A stretch of DNA of 61,530 bases from Rikenellaceae bacterium (GTDB lineage: Bacteria > Bacteroidota > Bacteroidia > Bacteroidales > UBA932). Positions 58,384-61,530 of the stretch are shown here, piece by piece. The DNA is taken from positions 1 to 61,530 of the forward strand of contig CAAGHY010000062.1 in assembly GCA_900769735.1 (NCBI GenBank), written 5' to 3'. The notes beneath the pieces are model-generated. The model was not told the DNA's origin, ran no database searches, and saw nothing but the letters and a program-made list of their open reading frames with translations. Numbering within the stretch: position 1 is the first letter of the stretch; every line of letters begins with the position of its first letter. Position numbers and translations under genes: made by a program.

Positions 58384-59703
58384 TTAGTCAACTGCAACAA
58401 TTTCAGCCAACAGGTCATACTCGTTGGCACCTGTTATTTTTACAGTTATAAATTTTCCTATCAGCTGTCCAGGCTCATAATTGCCAAGATCTCCTATAAG
58501 GATCTCACCGTCAACTTCAGGGCTCTCACCCTGCGAACGGCATACCAACACACCGTCTGTAAAGCTGTCTGCAATTACACGCTCAACTGTGCCCACTCTG
58601 GCCTCATTGGCTTCAAGCGATATACCGCTCTGCAACTCCATCAGCTCCTCATATCTTTTCTGTTTGGTGCTCTCCCTTACGGTATCCTTGAAGTGCAGTG
58701 CACCGTATGTGCCCTCCTCCTCAGAATATGTAAATGCTCCCAATCTGTCAAACCTGTTGCGTTCAACAAATGCCAGCAGTTTTGCAAATTCACGGCTGTC
58801 CTCTCCAGGGTGTCCCACTATAAGTGTTGTCCTCAACACAACTCCGGGAACCTTCTCCCTTATGCGGTCTATTACAGCCTGGGTCTGCGGACCGTCAATT
58901 GACCGGCGCATCATGCCAAGCACCTTTGAAGACGAGTGCTGCAAAGGGATATCCAGGTATTTGCAGATTTTTGGGTTTGATGCCATAATTTCCAGAACAT
59001 CGTCGGGAAACTGGTCGGGATAAGAATAATGTATCCTTATCCACTCAATTCCCTCTATCTCACAAAGTTTGGAAAGAAGCTCCCCAAGTGCCCTCCTTTT
59101 GTAAAGGTCCAATCCGTAGTATGTTGTATCCTGGGCAATTACAATAAGCTCACGTACTCCCATTGCCGCCAGATTGCGTGCCTCCTCAATCAGCTCCTCC
59201 ATAGGAACAGAGATGTGTCTGCCCCTGATTTTTGGAATGGCACAATATGAACAGGTACGGTCACAACCTTCAGAAATCTTCAGGTATGCATAATGTTTTG
59301 GAGTGGTAAGGTATCTCTGCTGCAACAGGGATGCATCTTTCATTACACCCAACGCCTTAAGGACTCCGTCCCAGTCAAATGCACCAAAGAAACCGTCCAC
59401 CTCAGGAATCTCAGCCTCAAGTTCATCCTTGTACCTCTGGGAAAGGCATCCGAACACAAATATATGTTTCACATATCCGTGATCCTTTGCATCCACTGCC
59501 GCCAAGATTGCCTCAATTGACTCCTCCTTTGCATCCTTTATGAAGCCGCAGGTATTAAGGATAACCGCATCTACCTTGCTGGTGGCAGAAAGTTCGTAAC
59601 CGGAATCAACTATCTCAATTCCGGCACTCTCCATCTGCTTTAACAGATGCTCTGAGTCAACCCTGTTCTTGGAGCATCCCAAGGTTACAAGCTGTATCTT
59701 CAT
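58384..59703 (-). CDS. rimO: Ribosomal protein S12 methylthiotransferase
   Basis: N-terminal TLGCSKNRVDSE, radical-SAM motif CDRTCSYCAIP and a C-terminal TRAM domain. Confidence 0.9.
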   Translation of the reverse strand: MKIQLVTLGCSKNRVDSEHLLKQMESAGIEIVDSGYELSATSKVDAVILNTCGFIKDAKEESIEAILAAVDAKDHGYVKHIFVFGCLSQRYKDELEAEIPEVDGFFGAFDWDGVLKALGVMKDASLLQQRYLTTPKHYAYLKISEGCDRTCSYCAIPKIRGRHISVPMEELIEEARNLAAMGVRELIVIAQDTTYYGLDLYKRRALGELLSKLCEIEGIEWIRIHYSYPDQFPDDVLEIMASNPKICKYLDIPLQHSSSKVLGMMRRSIDGPQTQAVIDRIREKVPGVVLRTTLIVGHPGEDSREFAKLLAFVERNRFDRLGAFTYSEEEGTYGALHFKDTVRESTKQKRYEELMELQSGISLEANEARVGTVERVIADSFTDGVLVCRSQGESPEVDGEILIGDLGNYEPGQLIGKFITVKITGANEYDLLAEIVAVD

Positions 59704-60119
59704 TACTCCTCTTCTGGCATTTCAAGTGACTCAAACTCCAAAGAAGCGTGGTTCTTGATGATGTTGTACCACTCAACAACTTTCTTCATATGAGATACAT
59801 AGAATCTGTCTCTGTCATATGTAGGAAGAGCCTCCTCAAACAGGCCTTTCAATACTTTTGCATCACTTTTTGCAGAAGGTGCATCATTCTCGCCAAGGTG
59901 AGCGTGCAACTTCTCAAATACATCCTGCAATTTTACCTCCTCCTCATCTGTGTATATAGAAATATCAGCCAATGATGTCATTCTTGCGTTCATTGGGCAA
60001 CAAGTTCTTTTCTTTGTAGCAAGTGACTCTACAATAGCACCCTGATTTGCCTGTGAAATATACATGAATAGGCCTGATTGTCCACTGATTGACAATACTT
60101 TTCTAAGATCTGTCTTCAT
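59703..60119 (-). CDS. DUF5606-like hypothetical protein, stop/start-coupled to rimO
   Basis: 138 aa. Its TAA overlaps the rimO ATG (TAATG on the minus strand). Confidence 0.6.
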   Translation of the reverse strand: MKTDLRKVLSISGQSGLFMYISQANQGAIVESLATKKRTCCPMNARMTSLADISIYTDEEEVKLQDVFEKLHAHLGENDAPSAKSDAKVLKGLFEEALPTYDRDRFYVSHMKKVVEWYNIIKNHASLEFESLEMPEEE

Positions 60120-60203
60120 TTTTCCTTTATCTGTTTATAATTTCAGCCATTGATGGCCTTTATATTTTTACTTGATGATTATCCTCTTGAATGGAATCCC
60201 TGT

Positions 60204-60944
60204 TTAATTGAATCCCCTCTCCTTTTTGATTGCCTCATAGGCCGCTACAACAGCCTTGAACTTCTCTTCCGCCGCTTTCTTCACATCCTCTCCAAGAGTG
60301 GCAACTTTATCTGGATGATGCTTGAGAGCCATTTTCTTGTAGGCTCTCTTAACCTCATCATCTGTGGCAGAAGGCTCAATTTCAAGCACCTTGTATGCCA
60401 TATCCACATCATTGCCTCCAAACATTGCAAGGATGGAGTTTGCCTCGCTTGCCGGAATTCCAAGATATGCAGCAATGTTTTTAAGGTCATTTACCTCCAC
60501 CTGGCTTACGTGGCCGTCTGCATTGGCTATACCCACAAGATAGTGGAAAAGCTGCAGCCTCTGCGGCAGGTCCATATGCAGCTTTATCTGGGCGCAAATC
60601 TCAGGCAAGTTGATATCCTTATCCAAGGCTGCCTTGAGGATCTGCAATGCCTGTGGCAAAGCCGCCTCGCCAAAATTGCGTCTGATAAAATCCTTTACAT
60701 AATCCAGCTCAGATCTGAGCACCTTGCCGTCTGATTTCATTACAGCGGCTGAAAGCACCAACAAGGATACCAGGAAGCTGTTTCTCTGCTCATTTGCAGA
60801 AAAGCCTCCACCACTGGTATATACCCTTTGCGCTCCATTCTGGTCACCTTCAAACAAAGAGCCCAAGAGATAGCCTACAAGTCCCCCAAGAGGACCTCCC
60901 AAAGCCCATCCGATTGCTCCTGTTATCCATTTTCCTAAACCCAT
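60204..60944 (-). CDS. DjlA-like co-chaperone: N-terminal Gly-zipper TM helix, TerB-like domain and a C-terminal J domain
   Basis: The C-terminus AYKVLEIEPSATDDEVKRAYKKMALKHHPDK carries the HPD motif. The N-terminus is GAIGWALGGPLGGLVGYLLG. Confidence 0.75.
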   Translation of the reverse strand: MGLGKWITGAIGWALGGPLGGLVGYLLGSLFEGDQNGAQRVYTSGGGFSANEQRNSFLVSLLVLSAAVMKSDGKVLRSELDYVKDFIRRNFGEAALPQALQILKAALDKDINLPEICAQIKLHMDLPQRLQLFHYLVGIANADGHVSQVEVNDLKNIAAYLGIPASEANSILAMFGGNDVDMAYKVLEIEPSATDDEVKRAYKKMALKHHPDKVATLGEDVKKAAEEKFKAVVAAYEAIKKERGFN

Positions 60945-60964
60945 AAATATAGTTTTGCCGGCAA

Positions 60965-61530
60965 CTACACTGCAGTATTGCCGTTCATTTTTTCAATTGT
61001 TTCCGCTATTTGGGGCAATAATGCCCTCTTTGAATCAGCAAATATAACAAAATCTGCCAATACATCCCTCTGCTCATCGCTCCATTGTCTTGCAATTCTT
61101 GCCTCCACTTGCTCACGGGTTGCCCCGTCACGTCTGATTACCCTCTCTATCCTCAACCCGTATGGTGCCTTTATATGCAGCACTTTATCTGCACAGCCAC
61201 GTACCAGCTCCGATTCAAGTATGATGGCACTCTCAAAAATTACAAATGCAGGAACCCTTCCCTGCAATGCCAAAGCTCCACAAGTCTCCCGCTTCCAGTT
61301 TTCAAAATCCCTTAAAACTGCCGGATGCACAAGAGCCTCAACTTTGCGCAAAAGCTCTCCGTTGCCAAAAATCTTTCCGGCCATAACAGCACGGTTTATC
61401 CTTCCGTTTTCAAGCACATCCTCCCCAAGAAGCTCCACTATCTGCTCCAACAGCAACTTGTCTGTATCATAAAGCATCTTGGCCCTCTCGTCAGAAAAAT
61501 ATACGGGATATCCAAGTTTTGCAAAGATGC
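60965..61530 (-). CDS. coaE: Dephospho-CoA kinase, 5'-truncated by the window edge
   Basis: The frame stays open upstream of the ORF-track Met (..IFAKLGYPVYFSDERAKMLYDTD), and VHPAV is CoaE-like. The P-loop would lie outside the window. Confidence 0.8.
   Translation of the reverse strand, partial: IFAKLGYPVYFSDERAKMLYDTDKLLLEQIVELLGEDVLENGRINRAVMAGKIFGNGELLRKVEALVHPAVLRDFENWKRETCGALALQGRVPAFVIFESAIILESELVRGCADKVLHIKAPYGLRIERVIRRDGATREQVEARIARQWSDEQRDVLADFVIFADSKRALLPQIAETIEKMNGNTAV

Noticed and set aside
1-61530. Scan for CRISPR arrays, rRNA genes, transposases/IS elements, reverse transcriptases (retron/DGR), toxin-antitoxin pairs and restriction-modification genes
   Set aside because: By eye there are no spaced repeat arrays, and no ORF carries the corresponding motifs. 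The only mobile-element signature is the prophage arm at the left end.

Overview
This is a 61.5 kb chromosomal segment of Bacteroidales (Bacteroidota) type. The taxon call rests on many TAnnTTTG '-7' promoter boxes, lipoprotein-rich surface loci, a CarboxypepD_reg-type TonB receptor, a type V (Mfa/Fim-like) pilus locus and a tmRNA tag ending in YALAA. Positions 1-4581 are the right arm of a temperate phage or phage remnant: two unknown late ORFs, an overlapping holin/GH19 endolysin/spanin-like lysis cassette, a structured intergenic element, a short thymidylate-synthase-family cargo gene and a tyrosine integrase. This arm is inserted at the 3' end of an apparently intact ssrA (tmRNA, 4582-4981, minus strand). 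The other prophage junction lies outside the window. The remaining sequence is mostly housekeeping, largely on the minus strand. It includes an aminotransferase, a purine-salvage operon (OM channel-xpt-permease), a serine hydrolase, a 7TM-HD phosphohydrolase and an MFS/MBL/nitroreductase cluster. It continues with a four-gene surface operon (C25-like peptidase with HEAT repeats, TonB receptor, DUF4876-like lipoprotein, DUF6850-like barrel), tRNA-Lys(UUU), a minimal type V pilus locus and OmpA/porin genes. Further along are an AddAB-like helicase-nuclease pair, Kef-type antiporter, MgtC, pgi, gpsA, rnhA, pdxA, recG, nfo, glnS, yicC, glmM, fabG, rimO, a DjlA-like protein and a partial coaE. No CRISPR array, rRNA, transposase or obvious defence island was seen. 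The most unusual item is the prophage ThyA-family gene, whose base-specificity residue is Asp rather than Asn. Next in interest are the uncharacterised TonB/C25 operon and several small unannotated ORFs and repeats in intergenic regions. All calls come from reading the sequence and by-eye motif matching. No searches or folding computations were run.
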